From positions 8,742,001 to 8,806,000 of the forward strand of contig NC_043023.1 in assembly GCF_006345805.1 (NCBI RefSeq): DNA of 64,000 nt. Direction: 5' to 3'. A model generated the notes under the pieces. That model made no database searches. It was not told where the DNA came from and saw only the letters and a list, made by a program, of their open reading frames with translations. Of this stretch, positions 1-13,912 are shown piece after piece. The translations under genes were made by a program, and so were the position numbers. Numbering within the stretch: position 1 is the stretch's first letter; the number at the start of each line of letters is the position of its first letter. The DNA comes from Octopus sinensis (taxonomy: Eukaryota).

Positions 1-2915
1 GGCCCTGGCCCGAAAGTCGTCCTGAACAGGCGGGTCAGGTACTCCTCGTCGACGTCCAGGTTCGCCCCGAGCTCGTCGTCGTACCTCCCCTCCACTAATC
101 CCCTATAGAATGCTTTGGTTGTGTTGAAGTCACTCAAGGTCGACCCAGGACGGCAGAGTTGCTTGAGAGCAACGCGACACTCGCGGTGCCATTCGCCCTT
201 CCTCGGCCTCTTTTTGATCCACAACTGCAGTTCGGTCATGGAGACGAGCTGCGGGAAAGCGTGCCTCCCAAACGGCGACCACACCTGTTCACCGTCGTCT
301 ACGAAGAGCCTGAGATGTCGCAGTCTCAGCGTTTGTCTGCGCATCATCAACCACGGCATGCCCAGTCCTCCTTTTAACGGGTGTTGACAGCAAATGGATC
401 GCCTGACCATCGGGACGCATCCTTTCCACAAGAAGCGAAAGAGAATGCGTTGTAGTTTGGTGATGGTAGGGTCGGGACAAGGTACGACGGTCAGGCGGTA
501 GTAGATGACGGACGCGATGTATGTGTTCGCCACCTCCGCCCGACCTTTTAGGGACAGTTTCCTCTCGGCCCATTGCCGGGCGAGAGTGACCACCCTACTC
601 GTTATCTCGTTCCAGTTCTTCTCCACTTGGAGGTCCGGACCAAACCAGACCCCGAGCAACTCAACCGAGCCGTCGGTCCAGCGTCCCACGACGGAGGCGC
701 TGGTGGACGGCATGGGCTTGCTTCTCCAGGTGCCTAGTCGCAAGCCCACTGACTTTTCCCGGTTGATTTTCGCTCCTGTCACCGCTTCGTAGTTTTTCAG
801 TGTCTCGCCGACCTGCTCGATGTGCTCGTGGCTAGACACTATGACGGCGACGTCGTCCGCGTATGCAGACACGCTCGTCCCGCATCCCAGTTCTCGCGGG
901 ATGCCCCTCAAAGTTGCCAGCTTCCGCAATAATGGCTCGAGAGTCAATACGTATAGAAGCGACGAGAGGGGGCATCCCTGACGGACCGAACGTGCGATGT
1001 CGAAGGGTCTTGATAGATGTCCATTCACGCGAATTACCGAACGGATGCCTCTGTACAAAGCGGCTATCCAGCCGCGGAAGACGGGACCGAAGCCAGCCGC
1101 TCTGAGGACCGCCTCCAAGTATCGATGGTCTACCCTATCGAAAGCTTTCGATTGATCCAAATTGATCAGCGCCCCACCCATGCCAGTTTCGTTAACTACC
1201 CTGTCTATGATGTAGCGCATCAGGTGAAGGTTGTCATGGATGGTCCGGCCTGGCACGGCGCATGTTTGCGCCTTGTCGACCAGTTTCTCGATGACAAGCG
1301 CCAACCTCTTGGCTAGCACCTTGGCTAAAATTTTCAAGTCTGCATTAAGCAGAGTGATGGGCCTAAAGTTATCTATTACATTTCCCTTGTTTAGATCTTT
1401 CTTCGGCAGTGTTACGGCTCCTCGGCTCACAAAACCAAGAATGCTCCCGTTTTGCTGCCAGTTGCAGTACACCGCCGCCAAGAGATCTCCAAACAAGTCT
1501 GGCATACAATTGTAAAGCTCGTAGGGTAGACCATCCAAACCCGGTGATTTGTCGCTCGAGCATTCTGCCATCGCGTCCTGCACCTCCACCGCCGTGATGG
1601 CACCTTCGCAGCACCCTGCCTTTCTTGTCGAGAGTCGTGGTAGGCTATGTAGGTAGGCACTGAAGTCCACCCTACGTTCTTGCCCTAAACTCGTCCCGAA
1701 CAGTCGGGCAACATGCTGCTGAAAGGCCTCACACATTTTACTTGGCTCGAGCAATTCGCGCCCCTGTTCATCTACCAGGCACCGAATGGTAGCTTTGTTG
1801 CCTTGTTGCGCCTCTGCCACCCGGGCCTCTCTCACGGCTCCAACACCTTCGTTCCTTAGAGCACGCATCCTAGCTCTGACAGCACATCCTTCGTGTTTGG
1901 CGTTGAAGTGTTGGTCGAGGGCCAACCTCGCCGCCAAAACGTCGGATGCGATGCCGCTTCTAATTGCCTCTTCTAGCTTCTTAACTAGCTCACCCTCAAC
2001 TCTATTTCTATCTATGGCTAGTGCTTTGCTGTACCTAATCGCTTCTGCTTTTACTGCTCTCTTGAGGGCAAACCACTATTTGTTGTTGATGATGGCTCCC
2101 GTCAAAGCCCTCTTTACTAGTGTGCTAATCCGGTCTCTGAAAACCTGTCTCGATGGGAAAGACGCGTTTAGTTTCCAGTATCCGGGACCCTGCCTAAGTG
2201 TCTTACCTAAGTCTAGCGTACATGTCACAAGTTTGTGATCCGTGTAGCTGACTATGTGGAATTGTGGACATCCTATGCTATCTCTGTCTACTGTTCTACA
2301 CAGTATCCTATCTAGATACGATCTCGACGACCCGATGCGGTTGCTCCATGTCCACGTTGGCGCATTCGGGTGGTCTAGTCGGAACCTGTCAGACAGTTGA
2401 AAGCGTCTGAGCAGGTCTCTGAGGCATTTGCATCCCTGTCTATTCCTATCTCTACCCACGTAGTCTACGTGCGTGTCCAAGGTAACATTCCAATCCCCCA
2501 CTAAGAGTAAAGGACGAGACGTTCCCAAGAATACTTCTAGACGTTGAAAGAAATCCGCCCGACCTGTTAAGGGCGGTGCGTAGACTGATACGAGTCGAAA
2601 AGCGCACCCATTGCTGCCGTCGACATCCAGGACGACCAGTCTACCCTCCGGGTCTACGAATATTGTCCTTACTTTGAGATCCAGACTCTTGCGAAAAAGT
2701 ACCGCGATGCCACTACCGCCCATTTTCGGGAGACAGAGGGAAAAATAAATGTTGAACTGTCTGCTAAACATGGTGTTTAGGGCCCGCGGATTGTGGAGTC
2801 TGGTCTCACTTATGGCTATGATTTCTAACTTATGTGACTTTATGTCATTTAAGAGGTATCCTTGTTTCCAAGGGGACCCCAAGCCACGCGCATTTACACA
2901 ACCAATCTTGATCAT
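1..2915 (-). pseudogene. Tx1 ORF2 (APE endonuclease + RT), frameshifted
   Basis: 2076-2915: MIKIGCVNARG, ISETR, GDWN, SYLDRI, TDHK APE motifs; downstream RT pieces match copy 3 (AFDRVDH, QGCP, YADDV regions). Confidence 0.9.
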
Positions 2916-2955
2916 AGTCCTAATGAATTAGAATACAAGTGAAAGGAACAGAGGG

Positions 2956-4945
2956 TTACTTACTGCTCGAAAGATTTTGCTTTCTCCTCCGTTGGTTTGT
3001 CCTCGAGGAGATCCCAGTACAGTTTCTTTGTGAGATATTTTTGGCATTTACCAACCGCACTGGGGAAAATGTGTGGTGCAGACTTTTGGAGATGTGTAAT
3101 ATTTTGATGTGGTCTGGTGGTGTTGTGTATGGGTGATTGTTTATTTTTATGTCATCTTCTGTTATGTTTGTTTTTGATTTGATGTATTCCATCAAATTTG
3201 TGTTTTTGGTGTGAGCATGTTTGCTGCATATATTTTTGTGGTGTTGGTGTGGCTGTTGTTCGTGTTGGGTTTTGAAATGTCTTCGGGAGATGTATTTCCC
3301 CCTGCTATGTTCGTGTTTGCATTTGGTTTGGTTGTGTTTCTGCTCTTTATTTTCCTTCTTTTTGTAGCTATTTGCCATTCCTCACTGGTTTCGTCTTCCG
3401 ACGAAATTTCTGAGGAATCAGTAGGGGGTAGGGGTATGTTGTAGGCTTCTATGTATGTCTGTGTAAGTGGTTGTGTTGTTGTTTTCGTTGTTGTTGGTTG
3501 TTGAGTGTTTGTGTGTGTTGAGTGCGGTATAAGGGATGGGGGATCAGTTTGTGTGTGTTTTCTTTGTTTTTCTGTTCCTTTGGTTTTTGCTGTTGTTGGT
3601 GGTGTTGGTATTTTTTCAGGTGTTGAGTGGTTTTTGGTTGATGACGGATTAGCTTGGTGTGCTTCTCTTGTCGTCTTCTGTGTTGATGGTGGTGTGGGTA
3701 GTAGAGCTTTTTTTCCTGAGTGCTTTGGTTGTGGTAGTGGTTGTTGTTGTTGCTCTTGGTGTGCAGTGGTTGGGCACGTCTTTTTCAGGTGTGTTTCACT
3801 TCCACACAAATAGCAGCGTGGTCGCCTGCCCTCTACCACTACATAGAGTTTGTAGCCTCCTGGCAGTTCTATAGTGGTGGGTATCTTCTATCTTGCTGCT
3901 TCATCCAATTGAAGCAGGAATTCGATTGATTTGCCCACATAGTCTTTCTCTCCTAGAACCGCGATTTCCAGGATGTTTGTCTCTGACATTGTCTCTGTCA
4001 TTTCAAAGCAGATGGCAGAGACTAACCATTGTGTTTCGACATCAAATGGTATATTTTTTATTTGGACTTTCGTGACCCTTTTGTTTAAATAGACTGGTAT
4101 CATTACCAAGTCGTCCGAATGCAGCTCCAATGTGGAAAAACGTTTTGCTAAATTTTCGTTGAGGAAACGTACTTGGACTGTACCAAATTTGGTTCCCCAA
4201 CTGATATATTCCTTGGAGTCCCATGCAGGACGAAGGCATTTTTCGATTTTTTCCTGCGGTGCGTTTTCTGTTCGTCTTGTTTTCTTGTTTATTACTTTAT
4301 AAATTATTGTTTTTTTTGTGTTTTCCACGATGTGTTGTGGAATGTGAAGGTGCAATTTGTCTCCTTCTTTGGTGAAGAGTGCTTTTGTGCCGTTTATTTC
4401 TTGTGTGGTGAATTTTACAATTGTTCTTTTTTGTTTTGTCACATCCGCAAAATTCGTCTTAAATTTGACGGTGTTAGAAGCAGGGTTAGTTGTAGCAGTT
4501 GAAGTCGTGGTAGTGGTGTTGGTATTGGCGGTGTTAGCCGCAGGAGGGTTAGTTGTAGCAGTTGAAGTCGTAGTGGTGGTGTTGGTGTTGGCGGTGTTGT
4601 TTTTGGTAGGCGGCTTTGTGCCCATTTCGTTGTTGTTGTTGTTGTTGGTGATGGTGGTGGTACTGGCATTCATGTTTTCGTCTGTATTCATTTTTGAAAT
4701 CCCTTTCTCCGTCCTTTTATCATCGACAAGTGGTGTAGTGAGTGGGGGGAAATCTAAGTTAATGTTTTGGTCGCGGCGATGGTGAATGCGACGTTAGTTT
4801 TGTTGTTGTTGTTGTTGGTGGTGGTGATGGTGGTGACAGCGGTGTTCAAGCTGCGAGGTTTAGCAGCTAGTGGTAGCAATAGTGCTTCGCTACCGTTCTG
4901 CATGACTGGCGGGCTAGCTACGTGGTTTCTAGTTGCCATTTTCAA
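2956..4945 (-). pseudogene. Tx1 ORF1 (Thr/Asn-rich N-terminus, CCHC knuckle), split over several frames
   Basis: ORFs 4754-4945, 3888-4691, 3192-3839 and 2956-3378 are collinear with ORF1 of copies 2 and 3. Confidence 0.85.
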
Positions 4946-5160
4946 AATGAAAAATGGCTAAAAAAACCAACGAAAGTTTTGAAAGTTTCTGGTAATTTCG
5001 CCCATACAGGGGCGGAATTCTACGTGAGTAATTCTCAGGTTTTTTAGTGAATGAACTTGCACAACGATTAAAACAAAATATTTGACATCAAGGAGTTTTA
5101 AACATGTAAAAGTGGCCAACTTACGTGGAGCCGATATGACTAGCGTCCGTCCATTGTGAG

Positions 5161-5305
5161 ACAGACAGACAGACAGACAGACAGACACTGAAGTATTGTC
5201 AGAGAAACAGACAGACAGACAGACACTGAAGTATTGTCAGAGAAACAGACAGACAGACAGACAGACAGACACTGAAGTATTGTCAGAGAAACAGACAGAC
5301 CGACA
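5161..5305 (+). repeat. Compound tandem repeat: (ACAG)n interrupted three times by ACTGAAGTATTGTCAGAGAA
   Basis: Core at 5187, 5225 and 5271 (periods 38 and 46 bp). Confidence 0.9.
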
Positions 5306-6559
5306 CACGGATTTATTCTATATTAAAACTGGCAATTGTCGCCCTCATCCTCGGTATCAAGAAGCACCCTACAACAGAGGGTACCGGATGTTTCAAAGAA
5401 GAAGGCCCATTTCGATCCTGGCAATCTTGTATGAAGGGGTCCTCTCCCAGTATACAAATATACACTGACCTTTTAAAATATTTATCGGATTCTCATTTAT
5501 GTGTAACTCTGATCTTTCACTACTTTGATGACATCAATTAATTGAAGCTAGTCAATCCCAAAAGCAAGTAGCTATTAGTCTGCAAGTAGCTGGTCAGTCC
5601 CAGAAGCAACAAAAATTATTCTGGGAATTGCGAAAGAACACAAGAGAGAAAAAACCACAAAAGCAACTGATATGAAAGCCAACACTCCCCAAGAAGTTTC
5701 TGGACAAGTCATAACTTATTGATTAATTATGTATTGCGCATATATAGATATGTGTATATCTATCTTTCTAGTTATCCATATGTATATTGATTGATTGATG
5801 GATAGATAGATAGATAGTCACACATACACACTCACACACACATATTTATATATACATGTGTGTGTGTTTGTGTAACGATAAATAGACAGAAAAATAAAGA
5901 GATAGATAGAAAGATAGAAGCCATTCTCTCTGGTTTCAAATTCTCTGAGGTCGTTTTCTGCGAATAACCTATCAATGACCATTTGCCATTAAAGAAACAG
6001 ATGCATGCGCGCTCACGCACATTTTTATAGATTGCGGCCCCAAAGCTTCATTGTTCAGTTCGACATCGGAGACTTCGGAATGGCTTTGTGAGAGAACATG
6101 TAAGTACATTACTTATATATGATCAAAAAATTTAAAGTTTGTATTTCGATTTAGTTGTGAAATTACATTTCTCATCTGCTCTAAATAGATTTTTTTCAGT
6201 TTGAGAATTATTATATGCTTGCTAAAATTTGTTTTTTTACTATAACGAATCTTTTTCTTATCTTACTTTGCCTCTGTATTTTCTGCCGTTTTGTACCATT
6301 CCAGTTCTCAAACACTTGTAATTACAACTCTGGAAAGAGGAAAAGTACTCCTCCAAAATTCTCTGATTTTTTAATTATCGGTCATAAGACTCCTTAAGCA
6401 TGCTGCAGAGGAAAGATCATTAATGAAGTTAAATAAGTCTACAATTGTTTTGTATTCCATGTTTTGCTCCTTTTCGTAATTAAATTTCTTTTTCTATGAT
6501 TATATTCACATAAATTTTAGTGGTGGTTGTTTGTGTTTGTATGGATCTCAGAGCATTGT

Positions 6560-7090
6560 TTTGCCACGATTCCTCTAAATCTGCGAGGACGGTAGATTTT
6601 CTACCTTTATTTTGCTACCTTCAGTAATCGTAGGATTTCTTGAATGCCCTGCATAGTGGATTTCGTATGTTTCCGTCAGTTTCGGGACCGGTTCTCTGCT
6701 CCCCACCACTTCTCGCAATAGGTTCGTGGCTGCCACAATTAGCTCCACGGAAATTGGGTATTCAAACATAATGCCCTTTTCTACTCTACCATTTTGTTGT
6801 GAAATTTCCCACGGTAAATCTCAGCCTCAACGAATACATGTGGGACATTGTTAGTCCAACTACGTCCGTTGGTACTTGGGAGTAATCCATTTCATTTAGA
6901 AGTAACTGGTAGGACACGCTTAGTTACGCTTTGTCGAGATCCAACCAAACAACAGAAAGTGAGTTGTTCGCCTTTTCCTCATTGCCGATCTCTGATGTGC
7001 TTTCGGGGTCATCCTGAGTAGACTAGGGCACCTCCCTTCACTTCTGTGCATGATGTCCCTAGAAAAGATAACTCTCCACCAGAAGAGAGG
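6560..7090 (-). mobile_element. Possible degraded retrotransposon ORF1 fragment
   Basis: KIKVENLP resembles the KVQIKNIP / RITIKNVP segment of the Tx1 ORF1s here; weak. Confidence 0.25.
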
Positions 7091-7323
7091 GATATTTCTT
7101 CTTGGGACATCATTCACAGATGTTACTCTGCTCTCCTCGCCTTGCGTACAGTATATTAATCTCCAGCGCGAACTTGAAGTTTATAAAGGCCTTCCTTTGT
7201 CTGCACCTCTCCCTTTCCATTTATGTCTCTCTCCCTCTCTTGGTCTCTTTCTATTTCTCTTTGTCCCTCTTTCTCTCTCTCTTTTCCAATATGATTCTGT
7301 CGTGCGCAGGTGGAGCAGAATGC

Positions 7324-7770
7324 TTCGTAACTCCGCGCTCAGTTGCTTCAAAACTAATTCATCTCGAAAGAGTCCAGATGCTGGCTACCCGCATGGTTCT
7401 TGGTCTCAAGCATTTGTTTTATGAAGAAAGGCTGAAGACGCTCAACCTTTATTCTCTAGAAAAACGATGACACCGTGGTGATGTCAATCTCGCTCACAAC
7501 ACCATAAGCTGAAAGTGTAACCTCTCGAAAGAGCTGTTCTTCACCCCTGCCCCAGAGCGTCGGCTGCGGGGTCACTCCGAAAAAGCTCTATTTGCGACGA
7601 TTTCATCTCAATCGAAGGAGAGGGGCTTTCTCCGTCCGGGTTGCGGATCCGTGGAATAAGCTGCCGGACGAGGTAGTGAAGATGCCGACGACTGCTCGGT
7701 TAAAAGTCTGTCTTGACCAGAAATGGCCTGAACTCCTTGCATGAACACCACCCTGTACATAACTCCATGT
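7324..7770 (+). mobile_element. CR1-like LINE 3' fragment
   Basis: HLERVQMLATRMVLGLKHLFYEERLKTLNLYSLEKR is typical of the CR1 RT C-terminus; ends in (TTAAC)n tail. Confidence 0.85.
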
Positions 7771-7834
7771 CCCCCTACATGGCCTTGCTTTTTGCTTTTT
7801 GAGCCAAAAAATTAACTTAACTTAACTAATTTTA

Positions 7835-8170
7835 TTCTTTCACCGTATGCTTCTTTCCACCATATTTAAGCTGTCTTTCTCTTTCCTCAATTCTGCCACC
7901 TGACGCTGATTCTTATGGAAACTGTCCTGCTTGTTGCTCTTGCTTTCCTTCAAGCCCAAATTATGTTGGAAAGCCTGCTGTACCAATTGCACAACGTTTC
8001 TTACCTTCCCGGTAGCGTCACCCTTCATAATGTTGTCCGGAATAATGTTCAAGTCATTGTTCAACCGGACGCTTCTAAGATCTGTCACTGGAGCTAAATT
8101 CACCCGTGGAATTTTTTTGTGGAACCCTCGTCGCTTTCAAATTCTTCCCCTCTTCTTGTGAATGAATCGA
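7835..8170 (-). mobile_element. Possible HERO/R2-group retrotransposon N-terminal fragment
   Basis: LNNDLNIIPDNIMKGDATGKVRNVVQLVQQAFQHNLGLKE..NQRQVAELRKE resembles the pre-RT region of HERO-type elements (from memory). Confidence 0.35.
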
Positions 8171-10251
8171 GTTAAGCAAAGGGGCCCTGGGGATTTTGGT
8201 TTCACTTCTGACCCTAGTCGTCCTCTCCCTGAGAAGCAGTGCTAATACCAGGATGGGTGGTATAGTTCATTGGTTTACCATTAGTCACAGCTGGCACCTG
8301 CTCAATGAATTCAGACGTAGTAGGGTCTATAAGTACAGCGATTCACTTGTTAGATCACACAGGAGGAAAATTTTCAACATAATTTTCATTTGGTTTACAT
8401 TAAAATTTGGTATACTGATTTTTCAAAACTATAGTTAGGTTTCCTCTCCCATCCAAAATGCTTCTTCTACAGCTTACTCTCTGAATAAGTACTCTTGTAT
8501 CTTTATTCATAACATTGGAGAACATTTTATTTGTCATGGTTTACACAATTAGTCCCACCTTAATTTAATGGTGTTGGGTTCAGAAATGCCCTCAGAAATG
8601 TTTTTATCATGACGAGATTTTCGCTAAGGAGGAATTTTAACAAAGCTTTTCAGTTTTGCAATTAAATGCATACCAAAATAAGAAATTAATACAAAACAAA
8701 TAGTACTTTTGTAGCAGGATATATCTCAAACAATCAACTTTAAAATATACGTATCATCTCAATATTATGGCTTCTTTACGGAATATCAGGGGACATGTTG
8801 AAAGTTCGATAGTATTTTATTGAAAATCTTTTTAGATTGTTTTATTTGCCTTTCCATCAGGTTATTCCAAGCACATATAGGATGGAAATTATATAAATAT
8901 GATATTGCACAACAAATTTCTAAAGAAATTCTGCAACTGGGAATTTGCCAAAAATTGCAAGAAACTCAAAATGAAAACAAGGTTTGTTTATCAAAAGATA
9001 ATATCCAAATGGAAGCAAAAATAAGGGGAAAATCTGAGGAAAATAGGGGGGTAAATTTATGTTTTACGAAACAATTTGTTCTTTGTATGAAACTGAAATT
9101 AGAAAGTACAAAAAATTAAATTTGTTCAAAGGTTTTCGAAAAAAAAAAAACGCATTTTTCTCCAAACCTGAATAATAACGGTCAAAGGGAGAGAACCACA
9201 ATTATGTAAAGGGATGTAATAAGAGTGACTATTCCTTACAAACACCCTGGCCGCATAGGCAGTTGCTTTGTTTGTTGTTCGTTAATAATTTTTTCTTCTT
9301 CATAAGCGATCAAAACAAGTTTGGAAATATTATTCTGTATGAAAACCATTTATGTCGATGTCTTTTATGAAATGTTGGCAATGTTACGAATGACTATGAA
9401 TTGACAACAGAAATATTTTGAAAAGTATTTAAAATATTCGTAAGCACAAATAACGAAACACGCTTAGTATATTTGCTTAGACTGTTAATGGCAATAAGCG
9501 AAACTTCCAGTCTTTGAGTCACTCTGTAACTTTGACCACATTATATAAAATAAGACATATTTATTTTTTGTATTAGCGTAGAAATCAATTAATTTCACCT
9601 TCTATTGATCTATTTTTTAACTTAATTTAAATCCTCATTTAAGTCTTGTCGGCGCGTGAGATTTATTTGCTGCGGAATAATCATTTGCACCGATAAACTA
9701 TTTCGTCGAAATAAGCGACAAAACTGTCAGAAATGATCAAATGTCATTTTTTCCTCGTTGGAGCCTTTCTTTTATCAAATAAATCTTCTCAAATGTGTGT
9801 AACGTAATATTAACTTCGTGTTTGTCCTGAGAACTCAGTTATTTCATATCAAAACAATTGTTGCTTCCCACTCCAATGTACACTTTTCTATATTTCTCTG
9901 TCATCCATCCATGGCCTTCTCGCTGGTGCTGCTAATATGAAATTGCGACTTTATGTTTTTCATTCCACCCTTGTTTTTTTCCCATCTAATATAATGTTTT
10001 TCTCTTTTTTTCACCTGTCATAAAATAAATACTAACCACCAAACACAACCTATATTTGATTGTTTATCTACTCAGACAGAGCTGACCTGTGGCTAAACAA
10101 CATTGTGAAGACACCGAAGAAACCTCTACAAAGTTACTCTATCCGCTATAATTAGTTCCCATAATTACCTCAAATTACGCATTTGTAAAAATGTTACATC
10201 CGATTTCTGTGTAGTATAACACACGTTACGTAGGTGTGTCTGTTGTTTGTA

Positions 10252-10618
10252 TGGAAACACTCCGTCGGTTACGACGACGAGGGTTCCGGTTGATCCGAAT
10301 CAACGGAACCGCCTGCTCATGAAATTAACGTGTAAGTGGCTGAACACTCCACAGTCACGTGTACCCTTAACGTAGTTCTCGGGGATATTCAGCGTGATAC
10401 AGAGAGTGACGAGGCCGGCCCTTTGAAATACAGGTACAACAGAAACAGGAAGTAAGAGTGAGAGAAATTTGTGGTGAAAGAGTACAGCAGGGATCACCAT
10501 CATCCCCTGCCGGAGCCTCGTGGAACTTTAGGTGTTTTCGCTCAATAAACACTCACAACGCCCTATCTGGGAATCGAAACAGCGATCCTATGACCGCGAG
10601 TCCGCTGCCCTAACCACT
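10252..10618 (-). mobile_element. tRNA-derived SINE, family B
   Basis: Same sequence as 25641-26027 and 47722-48110; tRNA-like head, tail CGTCGTCGTAACCGACGGAGTG. Confidence 0.9.
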
Positions 10619-10706
10619 ATATATTTTGTGTGTGTATATATTTAAGAAAATTTGAATCTAATTTAAATATGGAAAGAACATCGAAATCGAATTCTTTTGA
10701 ATATAA

Positions 10707-11113
10707 GCGCAGGAATGGCTGTATGGTAAGTAGCTTGCTTTCCAACTACATGGTTCCGGGTTCAGTCTCACTGCGTGGCATCTTGGGCAAATGTCTTCTG
10801 CTATAGCCCCGGGCCGACCAGTGCCTTGTGAGTGGATTTGGTAGACGGAAACTGAAAGAAGCCTGTCGTATATATGTATATATATATATATGTATGTGTG
10901 TGTTTGTGTGTCTGTGTTTGTCCCCCTAGCATTGCTTGACAACCGATGCTGGTGTGTTAACGTCCCTGTCACTTAGCGGTTCGGCAAAAGAGACCGATAG
11001 AATAAGTACTGGGATTACAAAGAATTATTCTCGGGGTCGAGTTGCTCGACTAAAGGCGGTGCTCCAGCATTGCTGCAGTCAAATGAGTGAAACAAGTAAA
11101 AGAGTAAAAGAGT
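10707..11113 (+). mobile_element. tRNA-derived SINE, family A (CORE-like body, internal TA/TG tract, GAGTAAAA tail)
   Basis: One of six near-full copies in the window. Confidence 0.9.
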
Positions 11114-11535
11114 ATGTCAGGTTGTATGAAATCGCCATTAAACTCATTCATTAAGAATTGTCAGTAATTAAGTCAAAAAGGTCTACAAGAGATATTATGA
11201 CGTCACAATCCTAAAAGATGCGATTTGAAAAATTTGCTCACTTCAATTTGACTTTGTTCAGAATTAGCGCGTCAAATCGATTACAGGTTAATATTTATTG
11301 ATTAGAACTTGTTTCTGTATCTAACTTCCATCAATTTCCTGATAACTTTAATCAGTCTATTGATTTCTTCTCTCATTCATTTGTTTCTTTTCTCTCTTTC
11401 CTCTTTTTATTTCTTTTATTCTTTTTCTACATTTCTTCTTTTCTCTCTTTTCATCTTCGTCTGTTTGATTGATCTATTGATCTAGAATTATTTATTTCAT
11501 TTTAATATACTGATAACATAACCAGTGAAATATAC

Positions 11536-11793
<258 letters not shown>

Positions 11794-12108
11794 GTTTATT
11801 GACGGACGTGATGTCAGTTCGGCTCCGAAGGTAATCGTTTATTTTGACTATTTATAGCCCAATTTTTGTGTACGTTTTTGCAAATAAGGTGTGTAAGGCA
11901 ACCAACTTTCGTTTGAGTGCTTTTCCAAGGGAGGAATTCGCCCCTAGGGGCAGTTTCAACCCCATTTCATTTCTGTAATTTTCTTCTCGACATTAGAAAA
12001 TGTCTAGAAATTTTATTGTAGAACGCTGGTCGCTTTCTTTTATAGAACAGCATTTTCCTAGTCTGGAAACGATAGAAAAAAAAGAACGTACGCACGGAAA
12101 GTGCAAAT

Positions 12109-13871
12109 ATGAATATCGGTGAAATGAACGCTGCAACCACGTGCGGTAACAGCCCTGTCACCTCCGCTACCACCACCACTAACAACAGCAACCACGAGAC
12201 TACTACTGCTACCACCGCAACCTCCACCACCACCACCACTACCACGACCAACATAAATAATAAAAATAAAACTCACACGAAAACTATTGACAAAAGCAAC
12301 AGCAACAACAAGAACAACAATAAAAATGAACTATCTAATAGTGAAGATGTTAATACAAAAAAATCAACAACAGTAAATTTCGCTGAGACTTTTCGACAGA
12401 AGAAGGAGATCGTAACATTTACAAATGAAGAGCTCATAGAAACAAGAGCTCTCTTTACAACCCGTGGACAAGATTTAGTGCTGCATACACCTCAACACAT
12501 AAAGCAAGAAATAGAAAATAAGACAATTATATATAAAATTATTAGAAAAAACAAGAAACTAAATGAACAGATTACAAAAACTGATGTAGAAAAATGCTTA
12601 AAAAACATAATGAAAGAAAAAGAATATATAAACTGGGGTCCCCAGTTTAACACAGTAGTGGTCCGCTTCCCTAACCAGGAAGTGGCAAAAGCTCACTCTA
12701 CTGAGTCTCTGGGAAATGATGAAATCATCATGGTCCCATACTACAAAAACCAGAGAGTGAGTCGAATCACAATTAAAAATGTACCTCCAGAGCTTCCTAA
12801 CAAATGGATAACAGGGGCAATCTGTTACCATTTTTAAAATATTAATATTTTGGAGACCGCCATGTACCCTGGCGACATTTGGGGTGGGAAGACAATAGTG
12901 GTGACCATCCAGATTGAGGGGGCCTCTATCGAGAGCCTACCGGATAAGATCCACTTGGAGAATGGGCAATGCCTATATGTTGTGGCAGAAGGCAAAAAGC
13001 CTAGATGCTACAAATGTGGCAGCCCCGAACAGTTGATTGCCAAGTGCGATCTGGTACAGAAAAAACAAGAAAGAACAAATCAGTAAACAAATAAAATCCT
13101 TTGTTGCCAACACCAACACACTCAATTATGGAACAATGCCAAGAAAAACAACAAACCAGCAAACAAACCCCAACATCACCAAGAAAAAAAACAGTACCAA
13201 CACAATCACCGTTGACTTCGCAACCAATTCAACATGCTGAACCAACAAAAAATAGACCAACACCAACACCGAGGACGACAATTAAAAAGACAGAAAACAG
13301 TGACGAGAAGACAAATTCTACCCCTAACACCACAACAACGCAAACATTGCACAAAACATCAACAATTTCTACAAGCATACATATTAACGCAAATGCTTTG
13401 CCTTTACTCCCTTCTGATTCGTCGGACGACGAAAGTTCGACGGAATGGCAAATAGCCACAGGAGGTAAAAGGAAAAGATAGAAAAAGCCCACCAAACAAG
13501 GAAGTAAAGCAGGGAGATATATAACTCCGGACAGCATCCCCCAAGACAATCAAAAAATCAATGAACCCGCAAAACCACACACACAACTAACTGCAATAGA
13601 CACAGACAATAAAAAGTTAATGGATTACATTGCATCCAACACGGACATCTGTGAAGATGACTTTAAGACAAACAATCATCCGCGAACCACACCACCGAAA
13701 CACATAAGAATTGTACACATAACACAAACACAACACCATACACTGAAAACAATATTTCCAAATGCGGTAGGCGGGTTTCAACGATACCTCTCCAAAAAAC
13801 TATACAAGAACCTCCTCAAAGACACTACAAAAGAAAAAGAAGAAAATGAAACTTTCGAAATGAGTAAGTGA
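12109..13871 (+). pseudogene. Tx1 ORF1, copy 2
   Basis: ORFs 12109-12837, 12850-13086 (CYKCGSPEQLIAKC), 13101-13481 and 13620-13871; in-frame stop at 12835 plus frameshifts. Confidence 0.85.
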
Positions 13872-13912
13872 CCTTCCCTCTTGCCTCTTGTCTCTTCCAA
13901 TGTAGTGTGTGG

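Larger units (their letters stand above)
1..5160 (-). mobile_element. Tx1-clade (L1 group) non-LTR retrotransposon, copy 1; 3' end runs off the window
   Basis: ORF1 with zinc knuckle CYLCGSETHLKKTC, ORF2 APE endonuclease, RT segments homologous to copy 3; 5' end abuts (ACAG)n. Confidence 0.92.

Noticed and set aside
5161-5305. CRISPR-like repeat-spacer appearance
   Set aside because: Spacers are only (ACAG)n runs, the context is eukaryotic, and there are no cas genes
6031-6092. IGDFGMA kinase-like motif
   Set aside because: Followed at once by a stop, with no other kinase subdomains nearby
8300-8470. WMGEE..FN..MLKIFLL resembling GPCR TM3-TM4
   Set aside because: Three in-frame stops, wrong spacing, no splice acceptor
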